Of a stretch of 64,000 nucleotides of DNA, positions 27,505-36,739 are shown piece by piece. The notes below the pieces were generated by a model that was not told where the DNA came from, did no database searches, and was given only the letters and a program-made list of their open reading frames with translations. A program made the position numbers and the translations under genes. Origin of the DNA: a virus. The DNA is taken from IMG/VR virus record IMGVR_UViG_3300020455_000008, positions 20,946 through 84,945 of that record, one strand, 5' to 3'. Every line of letters starts with the position of its first letter. Within the stretch, counting starts at the first letter, position 1.

Positions 27505-28081
27505 CTATTACCTCCCGAATTGCTTTGAGAACTATAGGTTCAGCGTACGTAAACCATTGGTCAAAATCATTTACTGCGGGTGCAATCTCTACTACCTTGA
27601 CCCCCATTGCTTGCATACGCTCAAACCAGTCAATCAGTGCCTTAGACACTTCCATCAATCCCTCTTCACCAATGATTTTACATACTGAATCTTCGGCTTC
27701 TAAGTTGTTTTGAGCTGCTGCTGGGATAGAATGGAAATAGACAATGAGATCGGGCAGCGGGTTAAGTTCCTCCATTCCAAGCGTCATGTCTTTGAACAAG
27801 TCAATCTCAGCCTGGGCAAGCTCATCTGTCTTAGCCAATGCTCTAGCGTAATCATAACAAGCCCATACACTACGCTCATGTAGTGTAACTCCATTTGACT
27901 CTCTCCAGTTCTCCATATTCTGAGTAAGGGCGTAAGTCCAACTTTTGATTCCATTGAACGGTGGGGCGGCTACACCCACTTTTACAGTATCAAACTTAAA
28001 GTCACTCTCTGTAATAAACTTGTTAGTAAATTTTGGCATATTACTGCCCCATATCCCCTCAAACACAATACGCTTTGTCAT
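27494..28081 (-). CDS. Deoxynucleoside-kinase-like protein, degenerate P-loop
   Basis: IVFEGIWGSNM, HERSVW, PDLIVYF. Confidence 0.65.
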   Translation of the reverse strand: MTKRIVFEGIWGSNMPKFTNKFITESDFKFDTVKVGVAAPPFNGIKSWTYALTQNMENWRESNGVTLHERSVWACYDYARALAKTDELAQAEIDLFKDMTLGMEELNPLPDLIVYFHSIPAAAQNNLEAEDSVCKIIGEEGLMEVSKALIDWFERMQAMGVKVVEIAPAVNDFDQWFTYAEPIVLKAIREVIDGD

Positions 28082-28101
28082 TACTTGTCCTTTTTAGGCT
28101 T

Positions 28102-28189
28102 TATTCTGCGTTTTAACGAATGTTTTAGGCTTAATCAAGGTGGATACACCTGTGTATTAGATAACAGCCTTTAAAACTTAAAATATGAG
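28102..28189. repeat. ~88-bp fixed-spacing intergenic element, copy 1
   Basis: TATTYTGCGTTTTAA...ATACA...TTAAAATATGAG; same spacing at 37665-37752. Confidence 0.65.
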
Positions 28190-28259
28190 TTTTTAAATAA
28201 GTAACAAATCATACTTCTTATTGATCTGTATTGATATAATACAATTTCGGAGGTGCATT

Positions 28260-28514
28260 ATGTATGATCTATCACATCTATCAACAGATAAATATGTAGT
28301 TGACAAACTTAGAGATTTTTCTGAAGAACTGGATCTTGATGAAACAATATGCGCTATCTGCGGACTAAGCCCCGACAAATGCCCATGTTACGTACATCCA
28401 CCTCACTCATGCACGTATGAAGACTGTGACTGTGCTTGTGATGACCCTGAGATAACCTGTTCATGCTGCATAGTAGAACTATGTGATTGTGAGAAGAAAA
28501 ATGGAGTTCAATAA
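28260..28514 (+). CDS. Cys-rich metallothionein-like peptide
   Basis: 13 Cys in the C-terminal half (CxxC, CxC, CC); GGAGGTG RBS; TGnTATAAT upstream. Confidence 0.65.
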   Translation: MYDLSHLSTDKYVVDKLRDFSEELDLDETICAICGLSPDKCPCYVHPPHSCTYEDCDCACDDPEITCSCCIVELCDCEKKNGVQ

Positions 28515-29349
28515 TAGAATTCTAGCAATTGTACTCTTAGATATTATCGGCAGCACTGCGTTTGTAGAACGGTATGGCGCTAGAAAAGCAGCAGAATGGT
28601 TACAGTATCACGATAGACTCACTCGATCACTACTATATAAATTTAATGGTCGAGAGATAGATAGATCGGATGGATTCCTTCTTAGTTTTGATCGTCCTAT
28701 AGACGCTGTTAATTTCTGCTTGCACTACCAGCAATCAATTCCCAAAAAAACTAAGTTGCAGACTCGTATTGGTATGCATTGGGGAAAAATTGTAGAAGTT
28801 GTTCAAGATGAAAAATTTACTAATGTTGGAGCTAAGAGCATTGAACTTGAAGGTCTAGCTAAAAATATTACTGCTCGTACTATGTCTTTGTGTGGAGCGG
28901 GTCAAGTTTTGTTGACTAAAGAAGCTATGATAGCTGTGCAGAGTAGAACTAATCGCTTTACTCCATCAGGTACACGTTATGCGTGTGTAGGTCTCTATCG
29001 CTTCAAGGGCGTAAAGAAACCACAACAGATCTATGCCGTGGGTGCAACGATTGACTCTCTGCAACCCCCACCCTCTTCAGACAAAGTAAAGCGACTAGGT
29101 GGAGCTAAAAAGATCCGCAGCCGAATGAGAGATAGACAGTTAAAAGATCATATCTCTTGGGTATTTTACAGATTAGCCTTTATTTGTGCTATTTATTTAG
29201 GTCTATTCTTTTGGCCATTTATATCTACTGAAAGCGCAAGGATTACATGGGGTATAGATCACATTTTTTGGTGGATAGATGATGTCAAGAATTTCTTTAG
29301 CATTGTCATCGAAGCATACAAAACAGTTAGAAGGGATCTAGGATTTTGA
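28501..29349 (+). CDS. Class III nucleotidyl (adenylate/guanylate-type) cyclase with C-terminal TM segment
   Basis: LLDIIGST, EIDRSDGF, RIGMHWG, NITAR, GQVLLT, FKGV. Confidence 0.85.
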   Translation: MEFNNRILAIVLLDIIGSTAFVERYGARKAAEWLQYHDRLTRSLLYKFNGREIDRSDGFLLSFDRPIDAVNFCLHYQQSIPKKTKLQTRIGMHWGKIVEVVQDEKFTNVGAKSIELEGLAKNITARTMSLCGAGQVLLTKEAMIAVQSRTNRFTPSGTRYACVGLYRFKGVKKPQQIYAVGATIDSLQPPPSSDKVKRLGGAKKIRSRMRDRQLKDHISWVFYRLAFICAIYLGLFFWPFISTESARITWGIDHIFWWIDDVKNFFSIVIEAYKTVRRDLGF

Positions 29350-29795
29350 TTGATGAACATGGTAATGATTTAGACCCCAAAGCTCGAAGAGGTTGGTGGT
29401 TCAGTGTGGTATTTTTACTTATCATTGTAGGCTTAATACTCTTCCTCACTTACGTCAAAATCGTAGACGAGAATCGTGATGTATTGATCGGCATTTTGGG
29501 TGTCTTAACTGGCTCTATCAGCTCAATGATGGCCATTGCCAGTGGTAGAGATCCAAGTGAAGTAGAAGAGTTGAAAGAGGAGCTGTCAAGAGCTAACGCA
29601 GACAGAGAAGCACTTATAGCCAGGCTAAGAGATTCACAGATCCAGCTTCAGATCAAAAATGAACAGATCGGTGACCTACAGACCGCAGTGATTGATAAGC
29701 TGTCTATGTTTGCGGGGGAGAAAGTCATACGTAAAAAAGCGCCTGAAGAAGTGATACTTGATCCTGACATTGAAGCATGGCTACCCAAGTCGTAA
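29346..29795 (+). CDS. Two-TM membrane protein with C-terminal coiled coil
   Basis: Two hydrophobic helices then a heptad-rich region; TTGA overlap with cyclase stop. Confidence 0.7.
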   Translation: MIDEHGNDLDPKARRGWWFSVVFLLIIVGLILFLTYVKIVDENRDVLIGILGVLTGSISSMMAIASGRDPSEVEELKEELSRANADREALIARLRDSQIQLQIKNEQIGDLQTAVIDKLSMFAGEKVIRKKAPEEVILDPDIEAWLPKS

Positions 29796-29812
29796 AAGTT
29801 TTTGAAAACTAT

Positions 29813-31234
29813 TTATAGTATACCTTTGAACAGTGGTAGGTCTTCTAAGTCTTTCTTCTTGACTTCGACTTCCTCAGCTTGACCACCCCAGTAAGCTATG
29901 CGCTTCTTAGCAATCTCAACGTACTCCTCGTTAAGCTCAATGCCAATCGCATTCACTCCTTCTACAGCGCAAGCGCACAGGGTAGACCCACTGCCTAAAA
30001 ATGGCTCTAAAACAGTGCCATCCTTTGGGCAGACTAAACGCAGGCAGTACTTCATTAAATCAAGTGGCTTGACCGTTGGGTGGTGATTAGCCCTCTTACC
30101 CGATGGCGTTCTAGTTTTCTCTAACGACCCGTCTATACGACCATTTAATGTACCAAAGTTTTTCTTCTCTAAATCTTGTAGTCCAGCTTCTTTCTCTTTC
30201 TTACTTGCTTTCGATGTATAGAAGAACCTACTTGCCCCACCCTTATCTCCGTACCCTTCTGAACCATAAGCCTTCCAGCCTACACCATCCTCGACTGAGG
30301 AGAGCTGCCCCTTGCCAGCTACTCCCCAAGCCCGACTCTTCTTCCCAGCTCTACCACTTTTCTGAATACCGCTTTGTTGATCGACCGCAAGTGCAGCTTC
30401 CTCATCTAGTATAACATTGGCAGGGAAACGACCTTTGGGTTTGTGCATTTGAATTTTACTACCGACTTTTGCTATGTGACCTGTCCACCCACTTTCCTTA
30501 TAAGAAGCAGTTTTCTGTTCATGCATTTGGGTGAAGTCGATATTTTCACTGTTATCATATTGCACTCTAGTATCATCGATATTGATTGCACCTACGCCCC
30601 ACGTCATTACATTGTCTGCAATAGATCCTTCGGGTGGTTTTCTAATCATTATGATGGGTTCATACGCTGGCTTGAGTGCAGTACCCCAACCCTCCCACTT
30701 CTCAGCTTCGGGGCATTTAGCTTGGTACTCTTCGACAGGATTTGACGTTAGTTTGTTTTTCTCTTCTACATCACTAGCTTGATACTGACTCGCAGTGGGG
30801 ATTGCTCTACCCCTATTAGGGTGACCAAACTTCTTATCAATCGCTAATGATACGTTATGACTTTTTGGGAACCCACTGCCGTACAGGTACATCAAAGTAT
30901 CCCTCACCTCGAACCCAGCTAAGCGCAAACTAATACTCATTAGGTCTTGGGTTCTTGAGGAAGCGAATACTAAACCATGCGCTCCAGGCTTTAGGACTCT
31001 GTATACTTCTTTCCACAAACTGGGAGGAGGCACCCAACTATCCCAAGACTTATTCATAAACCCCTTACCCTTGGGTGTCCAAGACTCTCCACTTGTCCAT
31101 GCTCTTAAGCAATCTTCTACATTCTTCGATGAGGTATTCCCCATACCGTAGGGCGGATCAGTGATTAAGCAGTCTAGTGAGTTGTCGTCTAATGTCTTAA
31201 GTATCTCTTCAGAGTCTCCATTTAGTATTTGCAT
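29813..31234 (-). CDS. DNA amino-methyltransferase (N6-A/N4-C, beta class)
   Basis: TDPPY near N-terminus, HPTVKP, EPFLGSGST near C-terminus; start MQILNGDS. Confidence 0.92.
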   Translation of the reverse strand: MQILNGDSEEILKTLDDNSLDCLITDPPYGMGNTSSKNVEDCLRAWTSGESWTPKGKGFMNKSWDSWVPPPSLWKEVYRVLKPGAHGLVFASSRTQDLMSISLRLAGFEVRDTLMYLYGSGFPKSHNVSLAIDKKFGHPNRGRAIPTASQYQASDVEEKNKLTSNPVEEYQAKCPEAEKWEGWGTALKPAYEPIIMIRKPPEGSIADNVMTWGVGAINIDDTRVQYDNSENIDFTQMHEQKTASYKESGWTGHIAKVGSKIQMHKPKGRFPANVILDEEAALAVDQQSGIQKSGRAGKKSRAWGVAGKGQLSSVEDGVGWKAYGSEGYGDKGGASRFFYTSKASKKEKEAGLQDLEKKNFGTLNGRIDGSLEKTRTPSGKRANHHPTVKPLDLMKYCLRLVCPKDGTVLEPFLGSGSTLCACAVEGVNAIGIELNEEYVEIAKKRIAYWGGQAEEVEVKKKDLEDLPLFKGIL

Positions 31235-31265
31235 TGTCTCTCTCAAAAGTTTTTGAAAACTATTT

Positions 31266-31856
31266 TTAGGTGGTGGCCCGCACAAATGAGTAGATCTGCT
31301 CTAGTAGTTTCTCAGACCAATACTCTCTCTCAAGGCCCATGATTTTAGGGGATTGAACTCTAAGTACCTGAACGCCCTTAGACTCCATTAACCCTAGCCA
31401 CGTTTCATACAATTCGTCAAGAGCCACAAACTGAGTATTCGATAAGGGTGAGTGACTAGCCGCACACTCAAAATACACAATGAGCGTTGGGAGCTGTATA
31501 TCATCTGACATAAGATTGTCATAAAACATCTTCAATCGCTGGTAGTCCTCATCACTCATACCAAGTCTCTCTCTATACTCCCACAGCGCAAAGGTCATCG
31601 CTGACCATACAGATCTCTCATAGAATGTAATCGGCACATGAGATCCCCACTGCTCACCTAAATGCCACTGAGAAAAAAGCGCAAGCATATAGCTCTCCCA
31701 CTTCTCTATATCCCAATCTCCATCTAATACACTCTCCTCCTCTCCCCATATCAAACGACTCACACCTAAGTTCTCCAGCTCCCACATAAATGCTCCCACT
31801 CCACTACCCACTATACCCTCAATCGAAATCCTAGAAAAAGCGCGCAAAGAATACAT
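31266..31856 (-). CDS. Second deoxynucleoside-kinase-like protein, degenerate P-loop
   Basis: ISIEGIVGSGVG, YERSVW, PTLIVYF. Confidence 0.65.
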   Translation of the reverse strand: MYSLRAFSRISIEGIVGSGVGAFMWELENLGVSRLIWGEEESVLDGDWDIEKWESYMLALFSQWHLGEQWGSHVPITFYERSVWSAMTFALWEYRERLGMSDEDYQRLKMFYDNLMSDDIQLPTLIVYFECAASHSPLSNTQFVALDELYETWLGLMESKGVQVLRVQSPKIMGLEREYWSEKLLEQIYSFVRATT

Positions 31857-31860
31857 ATGA

Positions 31861-32100
31861 CCCCCTAATAACTAATTATCTATACCCCAGTATACCATAA
31901 GACTAAATATCCCTTACCCTCATACATAAACACACTCATCACATACACTAAACAATAATAACAACACTCTCACTCATACAATCATCATACACTCCTCAAA
32001 TATACAACAATCCCCAACAAAACATACCCCAAACCCCCTACTATACATCATCCCATAGAAAAACCAATCTCCCCATCGTAATATACATAACACCACCACT
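31861..32100. other. C/A-rich, almost G-free non-coding tract
   Basis: 4 G in 240 nt on the + strand (hand count). Confidence 0.9.
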
Positions 32101-32149
32101 TGAGTGTTAGCGCCCTTCGCAAACCTTTGGAATCATTAAGTTTTTCGGA

Positions 32150-32255
32150 GTTGACAAAAGTGTCAACCGATGAGGTGATTTTGGTGAGTTGGAGAGCTTT
32201 AGAAAAGTGAAAATCCTAACATTCAGTAACTCTCGAATATCGAATGTTAGGATTT
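32150..32255. repeat. Two inverted repeats
   Basis: GTTGACA-4-TGTCAAC (32150-32167); AAATCCTAACATTC-17-GAATGTTAGGATTT (32211-32255). Confidence 0.75.
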
Positions 32256-32465
32256 CAAAAGTATTTTATGGCTCATCACCCAGCAAAACAGGTGCGAAAT
32301 TGCCCCTAAACAGCAAAATGCTACTTATAAGTACCCATAAAACCATGATTCACCTAAAATAGGTGTATTTAAAAAACAGTGACTCTCACGACATCGAGTC
32401 TCCACTTTTACGGGGGGTAAATACAAGAAAAAATAGGGGGTTGTAGGTGTTTGTCCTACGTTACC

Positions 32466-32702
32466 CTAAGCAGTGATCTTCCAGTGCGCTTCGCCTTCCT
32501 CATCGTAGCTGCGAGTGATTGAGTAATACTGCTCATCCTCATAGTACTCGACAATAAAAGTCTCAGTGTGTTTGCGCTCTATGACTCTAACGAGTCTCCA
32601 ATTAGGAAATGGATCAGACAGGTATGCTGCTAGAAAGCTTTCTAGCGCCTGTGTCTCTTCATAGTCTATCGTATACCGAGTGGTCACTAGTGTATCTCCC
32701 AT
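32466..32702 (-). CDS. Hypothetical early-type protein
   Basis: Part of leftward coupled cluster. Confidence 0.6.
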   Translation of the reverse strand: MGDTLVTTRYTIDYEETQALESFLAAYLSDPFPNWRLVRVIERKHTETFIVEYYEDEQYYSITRSYDEEGEAHWKITA

Positions 32703-33271
32703 GACTTTGGGATGAGAGGGTACAATCTCTCTACGGCTTCAGGGAATGTCATACCCCAGCTCCACTGAGAGGGTGCGATCTCAACGGCCCATCCATCTGA
32801 GTACCCTTGACTTACAGGCTCATCTATATCCATGCCATCGATGAGATCTTGAAGCTCATCTTCTGTAGTGTACCTTATGTGCTGAGTAGGTAGACATTCA
32901 TCCTCTCCGACTACCAGTATCTCTTCGAATGTGATGATGGGGGTAAAGGGGAAGCCGCTTGCATAGAACTGAGATCTAATTGCTTGGTATACTGCATGAG
33001 CGATAGCGGTTTCTCTATCATGCCCGATTCCAACGTAGTGAGCGCCATCAGGGGTATGGGTATATACGCCAAACCCTCTCATAGCTTCTATGAACTCTAG
33101 GCCACACTCATCCATCTCCTCTTGGGAGAGGGGGCGGTCATATATAAATATGTAATGAGGGGGGAGGGCGTTGTCTTCGACAACGTGATATGTCCAAAGC
33201 TTCTCTAGCTCATCGCTGACCGCCATATTATCGATTAGCTTTAGGAACTGAGGGTGTATATTAAAGGTCAT
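32687..33271 (-). CDS. Hypothetical acidic protein
   Basis: Coupled ORF. Confidence 0.65.
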   Translation of the reverse strand: MTFNIHPQFLKLIDNMAVSDELEKLWTYHVVEDNALPPHYIFIYDRPLSQEEMDECGLEFIEAMRGFGVYTHTPDGAHYVGIGHDRETAIAHAVYQAIRSQFYASGFPFTPIITFEEILVVGEDECLPTQHIRYTTEDELQDLIDGMDIDEPVSQGYSDGWAVEIAPSQWSWGMTFPEAVERLYPLIPKSWEIH

Positions 33272-33540
33272 TACTTATTCTCCAGGTATGAGGGCTTCGG
33301 CATGAAGAGCCAAAAGGGAAAGGGTTGTGGTATCTCAAGTTTAGTCCAAGTGGAATGGGCTTCAGTAGGGGTCATTTGTTCTACAAGTGCGAGGAGGTGT
33401 CTCCACAACTGGTGAGCGACAAGGTATGCGAGGTATGACTCCTCATTATCCTCTACATCTGAGTAGCAAGTATTGAGTTGCGCCCATAGGTTGTCATTAG
33501 TGAGGTCTTCTACAAGTTCGTTTATTGTCATGTTATCCAT
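33271..33540 (-). CDS. Hypothetical protein
   Basis: Coupled ORF. Confidence 0.6.
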   Translation of the reverse strand: MDNMTINELVEDLTNDNLWAQLNTCYSDVEDNEESYLAYLVAHQLWRHLLALVEQMTPTEAHSTWTKLEIPQPFPFWLFMPKPSYLENK

Positions 33541-33541
33541 T

Positions 33542-34018
33542 TTAGAATCTCCAGTTAGGATATTTGATAGGGTGAGTTGGGTTTAGTTCTGTGATGAGCT
33601 TCATCATGCGCTCAGTGGTGTCTATTGAGTCAATGCCGCAGATGAAGCACTCGATCATCTCTCTGCGTACACTCTCCTTCCATCCCTTCTGTAGAAGGAT
33701 CTCTGACCAAGTGGCTCTTATGCCCTGCTCTGTTAGAGCGTATAATGTTTGTGCCACTCTCTTGAAAGTAATTGCTCTACCGAACTCTCCACTCTCTGAG
33801 TAGAGTTTGTTGAGCGCCCAAAAGTGTCCAGCGACTGAGTGCTGGGATTCTAGTGTCCACTGACCGAACACTGAGGTGTTAGCCTGAACAGATCCACACT
33901 CAACTCTGTTACCAAGGAGGAGCGTAGTTCTGAAAGCTTCTCCCCATGTTATGTTGGGGTATGCTTTGCGGAGCTGGTGAGCGAAGCGATTGGTGTTAGC
34001 TGTAATGTGCTTTCTCAT
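33542..34018 (-). CDS. Hypothetical protein, possible PolX N-terminal (HHH_8)-like domain
   Basis: GEFGRAITFKRVAQTL...KGW..SV..EM.E pattern. Confidence 0.55.
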   Translation of the reverse strand: MRKHITANTNRFAHQLRKAYPNITWGEAFRTTLLLGNRVECGSVQANTSVFGQWTLESQHSVAGHFWALNKLYSESGEFGRAITFKRVAQTLYALTEQGIRATWSEILLQKGWKESVRREMIECFICGIDSIDTTERMMKLITELNPTHPIKYPNWRF

Positions 34019-34055
34019 TTTCTTGTCTCTTTCTGTGAGCCTTAACTACTTCTAT

Positions 34056-34089
34056 ACAATAACCTACCTATTAATAGTTTTCAATAACT
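34056..34089 (-). promoter_or_regulatory. Leftward promoter with overlapping palindrome variant
   Basis: Minus strand AGTTATTGAAAACT; TTGAAA-17-TATTGT. Confidence 0.5.
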
Positions 34090-34099
34090 ATTTTCACAT

Positions 34100-35080
34100 T
34101 CTGCAAAAAAAATACCACACCCCTTCGATGGTCGATGGGCGGGTAGTTGGGTAAGGTCAACCACTGGGTAGTGATGAGCCAACACTAAAAAAAGACCACC
34201 CCAGGGTAGAGGAGGTCATTACATATAAGACAGATGTTCAGTACTCAGATGAGCGCAGAGTAGTTTACCCATTTTCAAAATACCACCCATCCTTCCACCT
34301 ACCTTTGGTAGAACAACCTCGATGAGGGGGTGAGGTTGCGTTATACGCTCATTTCTCTACCCCCGTTAATAGCCCTTGGATCTGTGGTCGGCTTAGACGA
34401 GCGCACAGGGCTAAATACGAACCCCACCAAAATCCACACTAGGGGTAAGGGTCACTCATCGGTATACACAAGAGGGTACTGGGTAAGCGCCAAGTGGTGA
34501 GCAGCCATCACCCAAAAAATCCCATAGGGAAGGCCACCCCCTCCTCACCCTTCTAGGGATATGGATGAGAGGGGCTAAGGCCCAAAGGGCTAGAGAGGTG
34601 ATTAGACGTTTCAAAGGCTTCCATATCTACTACTAACATAACTAGTTAAGCTCTCATAGATGAGAGCGGGTTAATAATATATAACAGATGAGTCACCTCT
34701 CCACCCCCATAGAAACACAACCCTCTATGGGGCGCAACAGGAAACATACATACGTATGATGAGTATACAGGGGGGAGGGTGTGATGAGCGCCGCCAAGGG
34801 TAAGGGCTAAAGGCAACCACTCACCTCAGCCCATAGGAGGTGTATACCGTATATACACTAAAGGCAATAAGGCGCATAAAGGTGATGAGTGGATAACTCA
34901 TCTACATACCAGTATCCCTCTATACACAGAGTGGATGAGCGCCCCGAAAAATTTTACTAAGGGATTTAGCAATAAACGGTACTAAGGGATAAACTCTAAG
35001 AATTCATAAGGGATGAGTCTATTTATCATAAGTCGTCAAGCCCCGAAAAATTTTGGAAGAGCTTTTTGCAATAAACAATT
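34100..35080. other. Non-coding GATGAG-rich region with degenerate repeats
   Basis: 13 GATGAG/CTCATC in ~850 nt; GCCCCGAAAAATTTT..GCAATAAAC twice, 100 nt apart. Confidence 0.7.
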
Positions 35081-35122
35081 ACGTGCGCGCGCCCGCGCCC
35101 GCCCGCGCCCGCCCAGGCGCGC
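35081..35122. other. GC-only island
   Basis: CGTGCGCGCGCCCGCGCCCGCCCGCGCCCGCCCAGGCGCGCG in an AT-rich genome. Confidence 0.85.
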
Positions 35123-35220
35123 GTAGCAGCAGCCTTGGATGCCGTCATAGCGGGCTTTTTTGACGACACACCAGCAGCCCTAAAATAGCTTCGATGTCGT
35201 GAGAGTCGACGTTTGCGCAC

Positions 35221-35416
35221 CAGTACTGAAAGGTCGTTCAGTACTGAACAAAATACCATGTAAGACAAGAGACTACAAAGGGCCTGTATTACCTACTGAA
35301 CAAGTAATCATGTAGTCTAGTCTCTCACCTTGTGACTATATAATTGATCTAAAAAGGGCCTGATCAAATTACTGTGTACTTGTTCAGTGTATCCACTTGT
35401 TCACACTACTGAACAA
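35221..35416. promoter_or_regulatory. Cluster of ACTGAACA / TGTTCAGT motifs (operator-like)
   Basis: Palindrome GTTCAGTACTGAAC 35236-35249; inverted pair 35295/35377; copy at 35408. Confidence 0.6.
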
Positions 35417-35523
35417 AGAAACAGTAAAATATGGCATTTACTTCTGGAATTTCGTTATGTACCTTATGTTTATCAAGTTCACTGTGAGCTTGTCTAATAC
35501 ATTCATCCTTAAGGGGATAACAC

Positions 35524-35643
35524 ATGATAAAAGATCTTAAATACTCTCTCTCTCACTTTGGACTAGTTCCCACACTAGTTTTTGTCTCGCTTTATGCGCT
35601 TGTTCTCTTTTCATGGGCCTATGGCCTTTACACTAGCCTTTAA
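35524..35643 (+). CDS. 39-aa membrane peptide (not in ORF track)
   Basis: MIKDLKYSLSHFGLVPTLVFVSLYALVLFSWAYGLYTSL; AAGGGG RBS; its stop forms the next RBS. Confidence 0.55.
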   Translation: MIKDLKYSLSHFGLVPTLVFVSLYALVLFSWAYGLYTSL

Positions 35644-35653
35644 GGAGGCGATT

Positions 35654-35944
35654 ATGATAACAAGTAAAGGAAAACAACGGTTAAAGCGTCACAATGAAAA
35701 GAGCGCTTTTAAGCGCTCTACGTGGGTATCGTCTTCTCACTCTGTCAACTTAGAGCGAGGTAAAAAGTATCTAGTTAAAGCAGGGTATAAACTAGGAACT
35801 GCTAACGATGGGTATTTCACTGATCAAGTAAAATTCGATGATGGCGAGACTATCATTTTATATACGTCTGTAGACGCATATAAAGCCTTATTTAAAGCAA
35901 ATATTGTCGCTTGGGAATTACAAGGCTACAATTATGATTATTGA
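35654..35944 (+). CDS. Hypothetical early-type protein
   Basis: TAAGGAGG RBS before ATG 35654. Confidence 0.65.
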   Translation: MITSKGKQRLKRHNEKSAFKRSTWVSSSHSVNLERGKKYLVKAGYKLGTANDGYFTDQVKFDDGETIILYTSVDAYKALFKANIVAWELQGYNYDY

Positions 35945-36659
35945 ACAATTGCGTGTCTTCGGAAACCTTGCGTTATTTGCACAAGCAAACAGGTTTAATA
36001 ATAATCTTTCTAATCAGAAGATGAAAGCCGATCAATACAGCCTTGAAGGAGATTTCATTCAATATACTATTCTACCTCTTGAGCTTGTTAAATTAGGACA
36101 AATGAAGGGAAAAGGAATTACTCAATATGCACAAGATATAGCCTGCGCTTTAAGTTGTGAATTTACAGTCAGAAATGGGGGTGGCTGCTATGTCAACAAT
36201 GAAATAAGAACAGCAATCAAAAGTGCGCATAAGGTACTTAATAGTCGTTCACTCAGTTTTAAAGCGTATAATCCTAAAATTCGCTTGACTGTTTGGGGTG
36301 ATGTTGGGCGCTTAAACGCAGAGGGTAAAGCCTACATTTTAAACCTTGCTCAAAATGCTGATAGACTAAGTTATACAGCTGATTTTCAAAAAGAAAGCAT
36401 GCAAAAATTCAAGGGCTTTTTCTTGGCGAGTGTGCAGTCAATACCTCGGCTCTTAACCGCTCAGTCGTTAGGATGGAAATCCTACATTGCAGATAGTGCG
36501 ACTTATGAATTTGTAAAGGTTCAAGGAATTGAAAATTTATATAAATGTCCTCAAAACAACAAGGGAGACGCGGTGAGATTCGGTTGTTCAACTTGTAAAA
36601 TCGCGTGTAATGGCTTGCGATCTGTTGTCGCTTATAGCGTACACAGTCAAGCGTTATGA
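35904..36659 (+). CDS. Cys-rich phage protein (gp88-like, possible Fe-S/radical-SAM-related)
   Basis: CALSC..GGGCYV, IRLTVWGD, SYT, ASV, CP..CSTCKIAC. Confidence 0.55.
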   Translation: MSLGNYKATIMIIEQLRVFGNLALFAQANRFNNNLSNQKMKADQYSLEGDFIQYTILPLELVKLGQMKGKGITQYAQDIACALSCEFTVRNGGGCYVNNEIRTAIKSAHKVLNSRSLSFKAYNPKIRLTVWGDVGRLNAEGKAYILNLAQNADRLSYTADFQKESMQKFKGFFLASVQSIPRLLTAQSLGWKSYIADSATYEFVKVQGIENLYKCPQNNKGDAVRFGCSTCKIACNGLRSVVAYSVHSQAL

Positions 36660-36739
36660 GTACGCTTGAGATCGTCTTTACAATCGGTTTACTAATCACA
36701 GACTATAGACTCTTTTTATTATACCTAATACTTAGGTAA
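36656..36739 (+). CDS. 27-aa hydrophobic peptide (not in ORF track)
   Basis: ATGA overlap; MSTLEIVFTIGLLITDYRLFLLYLILR. Confidence 0.35.
   Translation: MSTLEIVFTIGLLITDYRLFLLYLILR

Noticed and set aside
31861-32100. Telomere-like or simple microsatellite repeat
   Set aside because: Composition is biased but there is no periodic unit.
34170-35020. GATGAG repeats as hammerhead ribozyme cores
   Set aside because: They lack the CUGAUGA context and correctly placed GAAA and stems.
35026-35268. 80-aa minus-strand ORF across the GC island
   Set aside because: No RBS or protein-like features; openness is explained by the GC repeat.
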